Below, one piece after another: positions 14,211-28,972 of a stretch of 64,000 nucleotides of DNA (the first letter of the stretch is position 1; the number at the start of each line of letters is the position of its first letter). Source of the DNA: Eledone cirrhosa (lineage: Eukaryota); the NCBI GenBank assembly GCA_964016885.1, contig OZ024743.1, positions 288,424,001-288,488,000 of the forward strand. Direction: 5' to 3'. Made by a program: the position numbers and the translations under genes. Below the pieces are notes generated by a model that did not search any database, was not told where the DNA came from, and worked only from the letters and a program-made list of their open reading frames with translations.

Positions 14211-14349
14211 TAAATATCAGTTTACACATTGACTATGTCAGTCTACATGTATATAATGAGTACATAACCCCTGCCTGTTCAGCCAATAATACACGTCAAT
14301 TCTTTTATATAAAACATGATGGATGATGCTTTTCTCTTTCGAAACAGAT

Positions 14350-15173
14350 TTCTGCCAAATCTGAGCTACGACAACACCAGTACACAAGTACAACCTCCCC
14401 ACGACAAGATCACTACCAACACCTCCATCAACTTCAACACCACCACCACCGCACCTGTCACCGACGCCGCCGCCGCCAACGCCGCCACCGCCACCACGAT
14501 GACAACGACCTTTACAACAATCACAACTACTACCACAACGCAATCACCACGACCAACACCGCTATCACCATATTCAGGACAAAACCACAACCAGAAGCAA
14601 TAGAAGCCACACAACCACTTCTTTCCCTTCCGTTCCTCCCACTACTTCCGCAACTACCACCGCCATCAATAGCACGACTTTACTGCATGTGTCAACTACT
14701 ACAGTTAACAATGCCACTACGGCTCTACTACCACCATTGCCAAACCCACTACTACCATCGTCACCAATAGCAGCACCACAACCGCCATCACAACCACCAC
14801 CACCACTACCACCACCACTATTACCATCGTCACCAATAGCAGCACCACAACCACCATCACAACCACCACCACCATTGCCAAACCCACTACTACCATCGTC
14901 ACTAATACCAGCACCACACCTGCCATCACAACCGCCACTACCACCACCACAACAACAACAATCGTCCCCCCCCCCACCACCACAACAACAACAACAACAC
15001 TCGTCACCACCACTACCACCACCACTATTACCATCATCACCAATAGCAGCACCACAACTATCTTTACCAACACAACCACCACCACCACCACCACCACAAC
15101 CACCACCACCAACACCACCACAACCACCACCACCACAACCACCAACACAACAACCACCACTACCACCTCCACC

Positions 15174-15204
<31 letters not shown>

Positions 15205-16948
15205 TTATCATCATCTCCAATGGCAGCAGCACTACCACCGCCACCACCGCCGCCACCACCACCACTTCAACCACCACCAACACATACTTCAACACCCCCT
15301 CTAATACCAACATCATCATGACTACTAACACCACTGCCATCAACACCACCAATACCCTCCATACTGATACAACCACCAACAACACAACCATCACCACAAC
15401 TAGCACCGATACAACACCAGCTATCGACACTACCACTTCTACCACCAACGCCACAATCACTAAAATACCACCTGCACTAACACCACTACACTGTTACCAC
15501 CATTAATACAATCACAGCATCTTTTATTACGAATATTTCTATCCCATCGCCACCATCAACAACAAAGACAAGATGGCAATCAACAATATACCACACTCCA
15601 TAGCCACTTTCATAAACTAGCAGAGCCATAACCAGCACTCCATAAAACAACGTCCATTACTAACACGACGGAACCACCATCACCACGACCACCACCATCA
15701 CCACCCTCCCACTACCACTGCGACACCCACTACCACCGCTACCACCACCATCACCACCACTCCCACTATCACCCCCCCCCCCCCTCTCCCACATCCACTA
15801 CCGCTACCACTACCAACGCCACCACCACGACAAACCACCACCATGACAACTACCACCACCATCACCCCACTACCACCACCAACACCACCACCTCCATCCT
15901 CACTACCACGACAGCCACCACCACCACCACCACCACCACCACGACAACCACCACCACCACCACCCCACTACCACCACCAAAACCACCACTCCGACAACCA
16001 CCACCACCATCCTCACTACCACGACAACCACCACCCCCACCCCACTACCACCACCAACACCATCACTGCGACAACCACCACCACCACCACCATCCTCACT
16101 ACCACGACAACAACCACCACCACCACCAACACCAACACCACGACAACCAGCACCACCATCCTCACGACGACAACTACCACCACCAACACCACGACAACCA
16201 GCACCACCATCCTCACTACGACGACAACTACCACCACCAACACCACGACAACCACCACCACCATCCTCACTAGCACGACAGCCACCAACACCACCACCAA
16301 CACCACCACCACGACAACCACGACAACCACCACCACCATCCTCACTAGCACGACAGCCACCAACACCACCACCACGACAACCACCACCACCAACACCACC
16401 ACCAACACCAACACCACCACCACGACAACCACCACCACCATCCTCACTAGCACGACAGCCACCAACACCACCACGACAACCACCACCACCAACACCACCA
16501 CCAACACCACCACCAACACCACCACCACGACAACCACCACCACCATCCTCACTAGCACGACAGCCACCAACACCACCACCAACACCACCACCACGACAAC
16601 CACCACCACCAACACCACCACCAACACCACCACCACGACAACCACCACCACCATCCTCACTAGCACGACAGCCACCAACACCACCACCAACACCACCACC
16701 AACACCACCACTACCAATGAAGACATTGCTGATGACACTAATATTAAAAGCCTACAGCGGCCGTAGATCACACCCATTTTGACGGCTTGGCACGCATAGC
16801 CATGCATACACGTCCTCCCACACACACACGCATACACACACACATACACACACACACACACGCGCATACACACAAACACGTATCTCTCTCTCTCTCTCTC
16901 TATCTATCTATCAATCTATCTATCTCCCTCTCTATCTCTCTCTTTCTC

Positions 16949-16996
<48 letters not shown>

Positions 16997-18780
16997 ACAC
17001 ACACACACACACACACATGTGTATATGTATAAATTCACACACATATTTGCACACGCAATCACACATATAAGCAACAAACACATATAAAGACACAAACACG
17101 CACTCACATTTGCACATGCATACAGACACATAAACTCGCATACACATGCGCTCCTACACACATACATACACAGCTTGCAACACATAGCATTATATCTTAA
17201 TCAACATTATCATGTCATCAACTTTATAACCACCATCATCATCGTGATCATCGTTGCCCCCCCCCCCTCCTTCTCCTCCCCATCGTCTCTGCCATCACCA
17301 CTTCTATTAACATCACCAATAACACCAGCAAGGCCGGGATGCCGAGCTTCTCCATAACAACCAACGCTAATACCGCAACCGCCGTCACCACAACCACCAT
17401 CACCATCACCACAACCACTATCACCACCATCACCATCACCATCACCATCACCACAACCACTATCACCACCATCACCATCACCATCACCATCACCATCACC
17501 ACAACCACTATCACCTCCATCACCATCACCATCACCACCTCCATCACCACAACCACTATCACCTCCATCACCATCACCATCACCACCTCCATCACCACCT
17601 CCATCACCATCACCATCACCACCTCCATCACCATCACCATCACCACCTCCATCACCATCACCACCACCATCACCATCACCATCACCACCTCCATCACCAC
17701 CTCCATCACCATCACCACCTCCATCACCACCTCCATCACCATCACCATCACCATCACCATCACCATCACCATCACCACCTCCATCACCACCTCCATCACC
17801 ATCACCACCTCCATCACCACCTCCATCACCATCACCATCACCACCTCCATCACCATCACCATCATCACCACCATCACCACCTCCATCACCATCACCACCT
17901 CCATCACCACCTCCATCACCATCACCACCTCCATCACCACCTCCATCACCATCACCATCACCATCACCATCATCACGACCATCACCACCACCATCACCAT
18001 CACCATCACCACCTCCATCACCATCACCACCTCCATCACCACCTCCATCACCATCACCACCTCCATCACCACCTCCATCACCATCACCATCACCATCACC
18101 ACCACCTCCATCACCATCATCACCACCATCACCATCATCACCACCATCACCATCACCATCATCATCATCATCTGTAGCCGTTGTACCATCATAATCGTCA
18201 TCAACCTCATGACGTTGTTAGTGTTATTGTTGGCATCAATAGTGATGATGGTGATGATGATATAGGTGATGATTAAAACCACCACCGCCACACCACAGTC
18301 ATTATCATCGGTAGCTGAAGTAACACCACCACCACCACCACCACTACAACCTCCACCTCCTCTTCTTCCTTCCCCTCCTCCTCATTCTCATTATCATCAT
18401 CATCATCATCACCACCACCACCACAACCATTATCACCACCACCACTACAACCTCCACCTCCTCTTCTTCCTTCTCCTCCTTCTCCTCATTGTCATAATCA
18501 TCATCACCACCACCACCACCACCACCACCACAACCATAATCACTACCACCATTACAACCTCCACTTCCTCTTCTTCCTTCCCCTCATCCTCATTCTCATA
18601 ATCATCATCATCACCACCACCACCACCACCACAACCATTATCACCACCACCACCACTACAACCTCCATCTCCTCTTCTTCCTTCCCCCCTCCTCATTGTA
18701 ATAATCCTCATCATCACCTCCCCCCCCCCCCCAACACAAACGGCACAACTGCCACCACATCCACCACTACGTCAGTAAGA
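14350..18780. repeat. Long ACC/ATC/AAC-rich compound microsatellite and minisatellite zone
   Basis: Recurrent modules accatcgtcaccaatagcagcaccacaa and accatcctcactagcacgacagcc, and an (ACC/ATC/TCC) mosaic at 17390-18170. Confidence 0.9.
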
Positions 18781-20403
18781 GGCGTCTCGTCTTCATCATT
18801 GTCTTCGATGTCGCCGCCGCCTTCGTCCCCAGAGTCACGAGGTCAACAGCCTCAATTGCTCTACACAAGACGTGTCTCGTGTCTGTAGGCATGCTGCATC
18901 ATACTACTGCCTACTCCTATGTTGTATTTCAATGAGATCTTAGAATTTATCTCCTATCGGCCTGTATATCTATCACGCCTACTATCAGCATCGCCATTAC
19001 TAGGACAAACGAAGGAGGAATCTCAATGTGGTCGATCGATTTGCTCAAAATAGCAGTACAATTGTCCTTCACATCATTCTTGACTCTCTTGTCGTTACAA
19101 AATGGAAGGATGCGTTGGATAATGCATTCAAAGATATAGTATGCCTGGATAAAAGAAGACATGCTGGTCAAAGCTGGAATTCCGTTTACCATAGGTTCCG
19201 ACTCATAGAAAACTAGCTGTGTGTCCAAGCCAACAATAAAATGTAGGCCCCCGAAGATAGAAATAGACCCAGGCTATATACAAAAATATAGGCAACCATA
19301 TTTTTAATAGTCCTAGCTAGATATAGATTTTAGGTTCGCAAAGCTCGGAATAGAAACAGACCAGATGGGAAATGTAGGTACTCAAAGCTGATGATAGGCC
19401 CAAGCCATATGTGAAATGTATGCCCCGTTTTCAAACTGCTCATTAAATATTTCAGTATGGTGGCCTACTAGCATATATGTTCATGTATATGTGGTGTACA
19501 TGTTATACTTATGAAGTATAATAAAAGTAGATTTAAAGGGGGGTAGCACTTTCCCTGTGGGATAAATACAATATCAATATCTTCATTCAATCTTACTTTC
19601 ATATTTTCTATATGAATTCATTAAAATATACATATATTTTTTTTACATGGATGACTAATCACTTCTGTGCAATGAATTAAAGAAAACAAGATTATTTATT
19701 ACATCATTTATTATTCCGATCGTTGACTACATCTTGCTAAACGACACTTGCCCCAAATGACCACAGTGTGATCAAACCAGTAAACGTTTGATTAGGAATG
19801 GAACTTCTTCATCATTCGGGTATGCTGCATCCATTGTAAATACATACATATATACATTCATAAATGCATGCATACATACATACATACATACATACATAAA
19901 CATATATATATACACACACAAAGACACATACATGTTTATGCATATTCATATACACGCATACGTAAGTACATTCATGAACTTATATGAGTACAATTACCTA
20001 ATCCTGTCTTAACTCATTCAAGAAAATTGTCAATTTGATTGAGTGAGAAGGGTGTGGGGTGGATAGGGAGTGGGGGAGAGAGAGAGAGGGAGAAATGATC
20101 AAGAGATAGAGAAAAAATGAGATGGAGAAAAAGTGCTTCAGCTTTGTTTGCAAAAATGAATAACACAAAAGAATTAAATAAACATACAGATATAGAAAAA
20201 TATACAATAAAATAAAAGATCTTAAATTTTAAGAAGAGAAATAGAATAGAAATGGTGATGGTGTAGTGTTACCTAGAGAGCAAAGTTGAAGGACATCTTC
20301 GGAAGCTAGTGTATACATATATATATGACTGAGAAATAATGATGATGTGGTGGCTGATGAGAAGAAGAAGAAGAAGAAGAAGAAGAAGAAGAAGAAGAAG
20401 AAG

Positions 20404-20435
<32 letters not shown>

Positions 20436-20525
20436 TGAATAATATATGTAACTGGCGAAGAAAAAGAAAGTGAGAGAAAGAACGAAGTAAAAGTACCACT
20501 CTCATTTCTATAATTCGTATGTATA

Positions 20526-20916
20526 ATAATTGTTTCTACTTAGGGCACAAGGCCAGCAATTACACCAGTGAATTACTGGTACTTTAGTTTATCGACTTCA
20601 TAACGATGACAGGTAAAGTTAACCTCGGCGGGATTTGGACTCAGACCATAAAGGGCCGTAACTCTATACTGAAAAGCATGGTGTCCGACCCTCTACGGAT
20701 ACTATCAATCCATCGCCCCTATGAATAATAATTGTTTCTACTTTTGGCACAAGGACAGCAATTACCCAGTACATTACTGGTACTTTATTTTATCGACCCC
20801 GTAAGGATGAGGGGCAAAGTTAACCACGGCGGGATTTGAACTCAGACCGTAAAGGGACCTAACTATGCTGGAAAGCATGGCGTGTGACCCTCTACCAATA
20901 CTGCCAATCCACCGCC

Positions 20917-20917
<1 letters not shown>
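20526..20917 (-). mobile_element. Two head-to-tail SINE family 1 copies (20526-20720, 20724-20917)
   Basis: Reverse complements of 13151-13342. Confidence 0.9.
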
Positions 20918-20956
<39 letters not shown>

Positions 20957-20957
<1 letters not shown>

Positions 20958-22996
20958 TTACCAACTATAGACCTATCACATGGCTGTCCGTAATGTGGAA
21001 ACTGTTGACAAGCATTATGTCTGAGGAAATCTACCATCACCTCCACACAAACAACTTGTTACCGGACGAACAGAAAGGATGCCGAAAGAAGTCACGTGGT
21101 ACAAAGGACCAGTTACTTATTGATAAGATGGATGAGGAATTGCAAGAGGAGACACACTGATCTTGCCATGGGATGGATAGACTACAAAAAGGCATTTGAC
21201 ATGGTGCCTCATTCCTGGATCACCAAAAGCCTGGAGATCTTCAGGGTGGCAGATAACATCAGGCAGTTGTTGGGCAAAAGTATGAAGTCCTGGGAGACAG
21301 AGTTGACATCAACTGGAGTATCCTTGGGAAGCGTGAAGATCAAGAGAGGTATCTTACAGGGAGATAGTCTGTCCCCTCTGTTGTTTGTCCTTGCCTGATG
21401 CCCCTGACCAGTGTACTGCGAAAAGTGAGAGCAGGATACAGGTTGGGAAAGGGAGGGCTTACCATCAATCACCTCCTCTTCATGGACGATCTTAAGCTCT
21501 TCGGGAAGAGTGAGAAGGAGTTGGATGTGCTTGTTGACACTGTCCGTATTTTCAGGAAATGATATATGTATGCAATTTGGTATTAGTAAGTGTGGAGTCA
21601 TTGTGATGAGGAGGGGTAAGTTGAGCAGAAGTAACGGAATCCAGATACCAACAGGTGAGATGATAAAAGAAATTGACTCTGAGGAAGGATACAAGTATTT
21701 GGGCGTTCTGGAGGCTGATGACATCAAGAACAAAAAAATGAAGGAATTGATAAGAACTGAATACCTTCGGAGAGTAAGGAGCGTATTAAAGTCACATCTG
21801 AATAGTAGGAATGCCATAAGTGCAGTAAATTCCCGAGCTGTGTCTATTATTAGGTACAGTGCGGGAATTCTGAGATGGAATGTTGCTGAACAAAAAGAAA
21901 TGGATAGGAAGACTAAGAAGCTATTGACTATCTACAATATGTTCCACAAGAGGAGTGATGTCGAAAGACTCTACTTAAGGAGATCTGAGGGTGGAAGAGG
22001 TCTTATCAGCATAGAGGACTGTGTTCAGATGGAGAAAAACAACCTACACAAATACGTGACTGATAGTAAGGAGCCAATGCTCAGAACTGTACTGAAGGAG
22101 GGGACAATAGGCCAGGGGATGCCCAAGGAGGAAATAACATCAAGGAGAAAGAGCAGCCTTCAGGAAAAATCCCTTCATAGTACCTTATTTGAGAAAACTG
22201 AATTTAGAGATCCACAGACATGGAACTGGTTGAAAAGAGGAGACCTTAAAAAGGCTACAGAAGGAATGTTAATGGCTGCGCAGGAGCAGGCCATCAAAAC
22301 GAAGTGGTTGAAACACCACATTTACAAGGAGGAGGCTAGCCCACTGTGCAGGATCTGTGGCCGGAGAGAGGAGACTGTGCCTCACATTGTATCCGAGTGT
22401 AAACACCTAGCCCAGACTCACTATAAGGGCTGGAGACATGATGTGATGGGCAGGGTGATCCAGTGGCCCCTATGCAAAGTAAACAATTTACCACATTCTG
22501 AGAAGTGGTATGAGCATAAGCCAGAGGCGGTGATAGAAAACGATCAGGTGAAGGTGCTGTGGGATTTTAGGATACAGACGGACAAGAAACTGGAACACAA
22601 TAGACCTGACCTGGTGGTTTTGAACAAAGAAAAAAGATCGTGCCTGATTGTGGATGTGGCCTGCCCATTCGACACGAGAGTGCAAGAAAAGGAGAGGGAG
22701 AAAATTAACCGATGCCAGGACTTAAAGTGTGAGGTTAAAAGGATTTGGAACTGCCATGAAGTCAAAGTGATCCCGATTGTCATAGGCGCACTAGGGACTA
22801 TCTCAAAAAGTTTCCAGGGATGGTTAAAGAAAATTGGCCCCTTCACGCTTTTTGGAACGCTTCAAAGGGCATGCTTGCTGGGAACAGCAAGAACCCTCCG
22901 ATACGTCCTGAATATCTGAGGCTGCAGGTAGTGGCTTGATATTCATCTCAACAAACTTTCCAGTTAACTAACATCAATGACTGAGACTCAAAGAAC

Positions 22997-22997
<1 letters not shown>
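20957..22997 (+). mobile_element. 5'-truncated RLE non-LTR retrotransposon (R4/Dong clade) inserted in (TAA)n
   Basis: RT motifs NYRPIT, EQKGC, WIDYKKAFD, QGDSLSP, HLLFMDDLKL and YKYLG. CCHC knuckle CRICGRREETVPHIVSEC, RHD, and PD-(D/E)xK endonuclease RPDLVV..IVDVACP..EK. About three frameshifts (~21130, ~21396, ~21555). Short 3' UTR. (TAA)n on both flanks. Confidence 0.95.
21510..22919 (+). pseudogene. Open C-terminal part of the Dong/R4 ORF (RT thumb, zinc knuckle, RLE endonuclease)
   Basis: 469 aa ORF containing the motifs above. Upstream RT segments are in other frames. Confidence 0.9.
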
Positions 22998-23047
<50 letters not shown>

Positions 23048-23081
23048 TGTTTCTCTTTTAGGCACAAGGCCAACAATTATG

Positions 23082-23805
23082 ATTTCATTTATTAGCCACA
23101 AGGACCGACATGTAGGAGACAATACAAAGACAGGGACAGTGAAGGTTTACAATAAGGTCGAGTAAAAGTGCACAATGGCAAGACTAATTTAACAATGAAG
23201 ATATAACAAATATAAAATAAACTATGCATAAATATAACAAAATAAATTCCCCGACAGGGGGTGGACGACCCTGGCGTGACTCAGGTACCCCACTGATTCT
23301 GAACCACCCTGCGCTTCTAGGGCACCCAGGGAGAGCATCCCTCTCCTCAAGTTAGCTAGCCTATAGACGCATGGCCAGAGTAGGCCCATTCACACGAGCC
23401 ATTCTCGCCACATTCACCCACCTTTTAGCAAATGTACTGGGTGGCGGCAGTTCTCTCTCCACCCCCACCTTCCTTTCCAGGTGAAACTTGTAGAAGTTGA
23501 TGAGAGATTGGCCGAAGAGAAAAGTGTCTGTCTTCAGTCCTTTTAATCTGGTCGACCATATAACCTCTTTCGCAACGACCACCGGACAGAGGAAAATTTC
23601 CTGCTCTTCCTGACCAAAGGAAGGCGGCGGGTCGATCTTCACTATGGACTCGGCCGATAGCCGGATTCGTTCCACACGCGACAGTAGCTGTTCGACATAA
23701 AGCCACAAGTCAGTAATGCACGGACATTGGACAAGTGCGTGCAGAACGGTTTCGTCGTTCTGTGCGCATCTTGGGCAGGTCCGTCTGACAGCACTTCCGT
23801 GCCTT
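23082..23805 (-). mobile_element. 3' end of a Tx1/L1-type LINE (ORF2 C-terminus plus 3' UTR)
   Basis: Minus frame 23804-23361 reads RTCPRCAQNDETVLHALVQCP..LW...AKEVIWSTR...FAKRW, i.e. zf-RVT plus a Tx1-like tail. The 3' UTR ends in AATAAA at about 23090-23095. Confidence 0.85.
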
Positions 23806-24000
23806 AATAATAATAATCATTGTTTATACTATTGGCACAAGGCCAGCAATTACCCAGTGCATTACTGGTACTTTATTTTATCGACCCCGTAAGGATGAAA
23901 GGCAAAGTTAACCTCGGCGGGATTTGAACTCAGAATGGCAAGGGCCGTAACTCTATACGTCAAAACATGGCGTCTATGACTCTCTACCGATACTGCCAAT
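23806..24000 (-). mobile_element. SINE family 1
   Basis: Reverse complement of the family consensus, with (ATT)n tail. Confidence 0.9.
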
Positions 24001-24210
24001 GATAATAAAGATAATAATTTTCCCACATTTTTGCATTTCATTTATCCCGTCGTTTTTGTTTAAAACCCACAGCAGATAAAATAATGGTTGTTTGAAGAGA
24101 GGTGAATTCATCTCGTAAATCTTTCACTTCCTCTTCCTCCTCGTTCACCTCCTTCTTTTTCCCCTCCACTCTTCATACTCTTCTTCCTTCTCCTTTTCCT
24201 CCTCATGATA

Positions 24211-24250
<40 letters not shown>

Positions 24251-24596
24251 CCATCATCATCATCATCATTATGCTCATTATCCTCATCATCTACCACCAT
24301 CTCCGTCTGAAAACAAACACATATCTAGAAACGCATGCAACCACCCAATACCACAGCTATCTTGCCCTCTCTACTCTATTCTATTTGCTCCGCAATTTTT
24401 CGCTCAAACAGCAATGACAAAGCATTCCTTAAGTTAAAAAGGGTGGTGTAGAGGTGAACCCGGTGGTACAGGGTTGGGTTTAGAAAAGAAAGTGGGGGAC
24501 TAAATCTTTTTGATCGTACGCCGACAGTGTTGTCTGAGACGGGAAAAACATATGCTATGCCATTTTGTTTTCATCCCGCTATTTATTTTGCTTGAA

Positions 24597-24630
<34 letters not shown>

Positions 24631-24774
24631 ATGTGTGTGTGTGTGTGTGTGATGGTTTTTTTCATACTGTTTATATGAGATATGCTTTAATCCGCACGAA
24701 CATGAATTTACGAAAAAACGTAAAAATAAAATCAAAACAAAATATTTAAAGCGATTTTTGAAATAAGATACACA

Positions 24775-24821
<47 letters not shown>

Positions 24822-24910
24822 GCATGCACACTTAAACTAAGGGTGCTAATACTTTCCCACACACTCAACTGCCTTTTCTTGTCACATACATATACACACA
24901 TGAATCAATA

Positions 24911-25136
<226 letters not shown>

Positions 25137-25172
25137 ATATATATATATATATATATATGTATACACATGGTG

Positions 25173-25295
25173 AAGGCGTGTGGCTGAGTGGTTAGAGAAT
25201 TGGATTCGCAATCGTAAGGTTGTGAGTTCGATTCCTGGACCAGGCGATGCGTTATGTCCTTGAGCAAGACACTTTATTTCACGTTGCTCCTTCTA
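25173..25295 (+). mobile_element. tRNA-derived SINE family 2 (CORE-like)
   Basis: A box tggctgagtgg, B box gagttcgattcc, then tgtccttgagcaagacacttt (CORE-like). Confidence 0.8.
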
Positions 25296-25454
25296 CCTGG
25301 AGTTGCGACCGATAGATAGTATTAGCAATTGGAAAGACCAACGGAAACATTGTTCCCTCGGTCCGATTTGACGAAAGTCGATCGTTCCTATATATATGTA
25401 TACACATATATCACATATACATTCATTCATACATACATACATACTTATATGATG

Positions 25455-26015
25455 ACAGATACCTCGAGCTCAAGTATAGACATCGCTTGACATTTTCAAA
25501 TACGCTGCTGCATGTGTTTTCCATGGATGTGGCTCTTTAGGCCAGCAAGAGACCTACATTCTGTGGCACAGATGTTACAGACATGGCCTTTGGCAACAAA
25601 AATCGATGGCTGGTTGCCATGTACTTTCATGTTCCGCCTCAGACCTCCTGCTAATTGGCAGACTTTACTACATTGATGGCAGATTGTTATACCATACACA
25701 CCAACGTAATCTGCATCAGCTCCTTTTACATGGCACCTTTTGTAACTCTTTAATATAGCTTTGCTGTGGCAGGCCCTCCTACCTTCATTACTTGTCAGTT
25801 CCCCCTTGTCACCCGCTTCTTAGAAATTCCACTTTCAAACCCCTTTTCGCATCCATTTTAAACCTTTCATAATTACTTCGTGCTGTTTCAAAGTATAATT
25901 TCTCTTCATATACAACTTCCCTCCACAGAGTTCGATCATTGGCAGCTTGTTCCCAGTTTACATCAGAGATAACAGCTTTAATCAGAGTTGTTTTCACACT
26001 GTCCATGAACCTCAT
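25455..26015 (-). pseudogene. RTE-clade LINE 3' remnant with tandem C2H2-like zinc fingers
   Basis: RFMDSVKTTL..NWEQAANDRTLWR (RTE C-terminal motif), followed by CHQCSKVC..GLRRNMKVH and CNICATECRSLAGLKSHIHGKH. Confidence 0.8.
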
Positions 26016-26739
26016 ACATAAGCAGCCGTCATTTCCAACAAATATTCAATGAAAAAGGAAATGTCTGTCCCGCTTAATATCACTATACATCTCACGGAAT
26101 GCTTAGAATGAATATTTTTTAATATAACCATCTTAGCATTTATACTAAATACTGTGTTTCCATTCTCCTGTAGGTGCAGGAAATGGACAACATACAGCTG
26201 ATATATTAAACCCTTGAAGGTTCTTTCAGTCATCTGCTGAGATAGAATTACACAAAATACATTCGCCATCTAACCAACACCTATAGCATTGGTTCCACAT
26301 CGTAATCGTATCAACTGCGATATGTTTCAGACATGTCTGTCTGGGAGCTCCCATGAGATCATCTTGGTCACACATAGCAAGATCATCTCGTGAGCGGAGA
26401 TCAAAAGAATCGGTTCAAAGACCAGCTAAATCATTTTGAAGAGGGGCAGCATCAACATTTCGAGGACAGAACACGTCACTCACAATGTCTGTCTCACAGT
26501 TGGTGCATAGGTAAAAGACATGGAGGAGAAATGAACTCAGCACAACCACGAGAAGCGAAGAAATAGATATGAATGGTGAGTAATAGATCTCCCCTCAAAC
26601 AAATATTTATAGGTCCTGACTACTACAAACTTTTATATGAAGCGTGTACAGTCACCATCTATGATTTCCAGTACCGTGTTTTATGATAGAATAAGATACA
26701 TTATTTTGTTGCTCCAATGAACGTGTGTGCATGTATGTG

Positions 26740-26806
<67 letters not shown>

Positions 26807-26914
26807 TTGATAAGGTACATCGGTCGGTATATACCAATACACTGGTCTTTGTAGGGAAACATGATGTAATACGGATTGAGATATAACGGAAAATATATTT
26901 TAATACAGTTGTGA

Positions 26915-27205
26915 AAGGCGCCTGGCTCAGTAGATTCTCGATCGTAATGTCGTGAATTCAATTCCCGGTGACGCGTTGTGTCCTTGAACAAGACACTTTA
27001 TTTAAGACTGATCCAGTCTTTACAGCTGGAGAAAATGAGTTGTACCCGTAATCCAAATGGCCAGCCTTCTCACTCAATGTGGCACCCACAATCTCCCCGT
27101 TACCTCCATTAAGGTCACACATGGCTGTGGTATGCTCACATACTGTACGTTAACATTTTTAGCAGGCTGTTCTGTTGTTCAAAAAACACGAACAAGTGTA
27201 GTAAG
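26915..27205 (+). mobile_element. SINE family 2 variant
   Basis: tggctcagtag, gaattcaattcc, tgtgtccttgaacaagacacttt and aaatgagttgt. Confidence 0.75.
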
Positions 27206-27244
27206 AACAGACAGAGGATCAACACACATTTGTGTATATTTTTG

Positions 27245-27440
27245 TGAAGACTGAGTGTGAAACGCATCCAACAATACAAGGAGACGTGATGAAAGGAACA
27301 TGGAAGAAGAGTTACACCTGGCCTCCCTAACCAAGTTCTAACATGTCCCACCTGTGACGAAACCTGTAACATCAAGTCCTAAGAATTACGGTCATGAAAG
27401 GATCAACAAATGAAAGAAAAGATGGTCTTCTTCAAATTCT
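27245..27440 (+). mobile_element. Degraded RTE-type 3' end
   Basis: LTCPTCDETC knuckle-like segment followed by an atggtcttcttcaaat tail. Confidence 0.45.
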
Positions 27441-27500
27441 TTGAACAATAAGAATCAAATACGAGTATGAGTGCCTACTTTACAGCATTATGTATGTATG

Positions 27501-27542
<42 letters not shown>

Positions 27543-27579
27543 CGTACAAATTTGTTTATATATATGTATGTATATACAG

Positions 27580-27625
<46 letters not shown>

Positions 27626-27629
<4 letters not shown>

Positions 27630-27704
27630 GTCGTCAAGTATATAATTTGTAGAAATCTGTAGAAAGAAGAGTAATTTCTACAAATTTCTTACTTGACGGC
27701 CCAA
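27626..27704. mobile_element. 79 bp mariner-type MITE (MADE1-like architecture)
   Basis: TIRs ttgggtcgtcaagta..aatttgtagaaat / atttctacaaatt..tacttgacggcccaa, with TA on both sides. Confidence 0.8.
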
Positions 27705-28081
27705 TATTTATGCATGCAAGTAAGTATGTGTTTATGTAAGTAATGTTTGCCTGTTTTTATCAATTTTGAGTATATATTTGTTCGGCCACCTACCCAGTGG
27801 CAGGGTTGTTAAGAAAATAGAATTTTCGCCGTCCTTTTGCAAGCATTCATCCTTCGAATCGCAATAATACTTTACAGATTTCGAAGTTTGCAGTTATCGT
27901 GGCCATTTGCAAGTAATGCATGCATGTATTATGTATGTATGTATGTATGTATGTATGTATGTATGTATGTATGTATGTATGTATGTATGTATGTATGTAT
28001 GTATGTATGTATGTTTATGTGTGTGTATATATATATATATGTATATGTATATTATTATTGTTGTTGTTGTCGTTATTATTA

Positions 28082-28131
<50 letters not shown>

Positions 28132-28141
28132 TTTATTAATA

Positions 28142-28200
<59 letters not shown>

Positions 28201-28503
28201 CATCATGTATGTATGTGTGTGTTTGCTTGTATGTAAGTATGTATGTATGTGTGTGTCTGTGTTTGTATGTAAGTATGTATGTATGTGTGTGTCTGTGTTT
28301 GTATGTAAGTATGTATGTATTTTCTGTGAATGTGTGAGGCTTGGTGAGTTTTTATTCTCTCCTGCGTTATTGCAATATTAGAAAATATTGTTGTAAAAAA
28401 CACTTCAAAATAGATATTTATTTTTTCCTTGATGCAATTAAATAGAATATACTAAATCTAATTTACACTCCACAACAATGTAACGATACACACACACACA
28501 CAC

Positions 28504-28561
<58 letters not shown>

Positions 28562-28562
28562 G

Positions 28563-28648
<86 letters not shown>

Positions 28649-28912
28649 TACATATAGATATATAAATAAATAAATATATATATATATACACACATATTTT
28701 ATTATATATATATATATGTGTGTGTGTGTGCGTGTATTCATATACATATATACATATTTACATATATGCACCATTTCAAATTAAGCGATTCGTTATTGAA
28801 AACTCAATTTTTTTATGAATTAAAGAAAAAGAAAAGCGAAAATAAATACGAAAATTCACACACACACATACGCGCACGCACACACACGCACACCCACACG
28901 CACACAAACGCG

Positions 28913-28972
<60 letters not shown>

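Noticed and set aside
14689-18291. Mucin-, extensin- or formin-like Pro/Thr-rich ORFs
   Set aside because: Several frames and both strands are open because of ACC repeats. There is no signal peptide or flanking domain.
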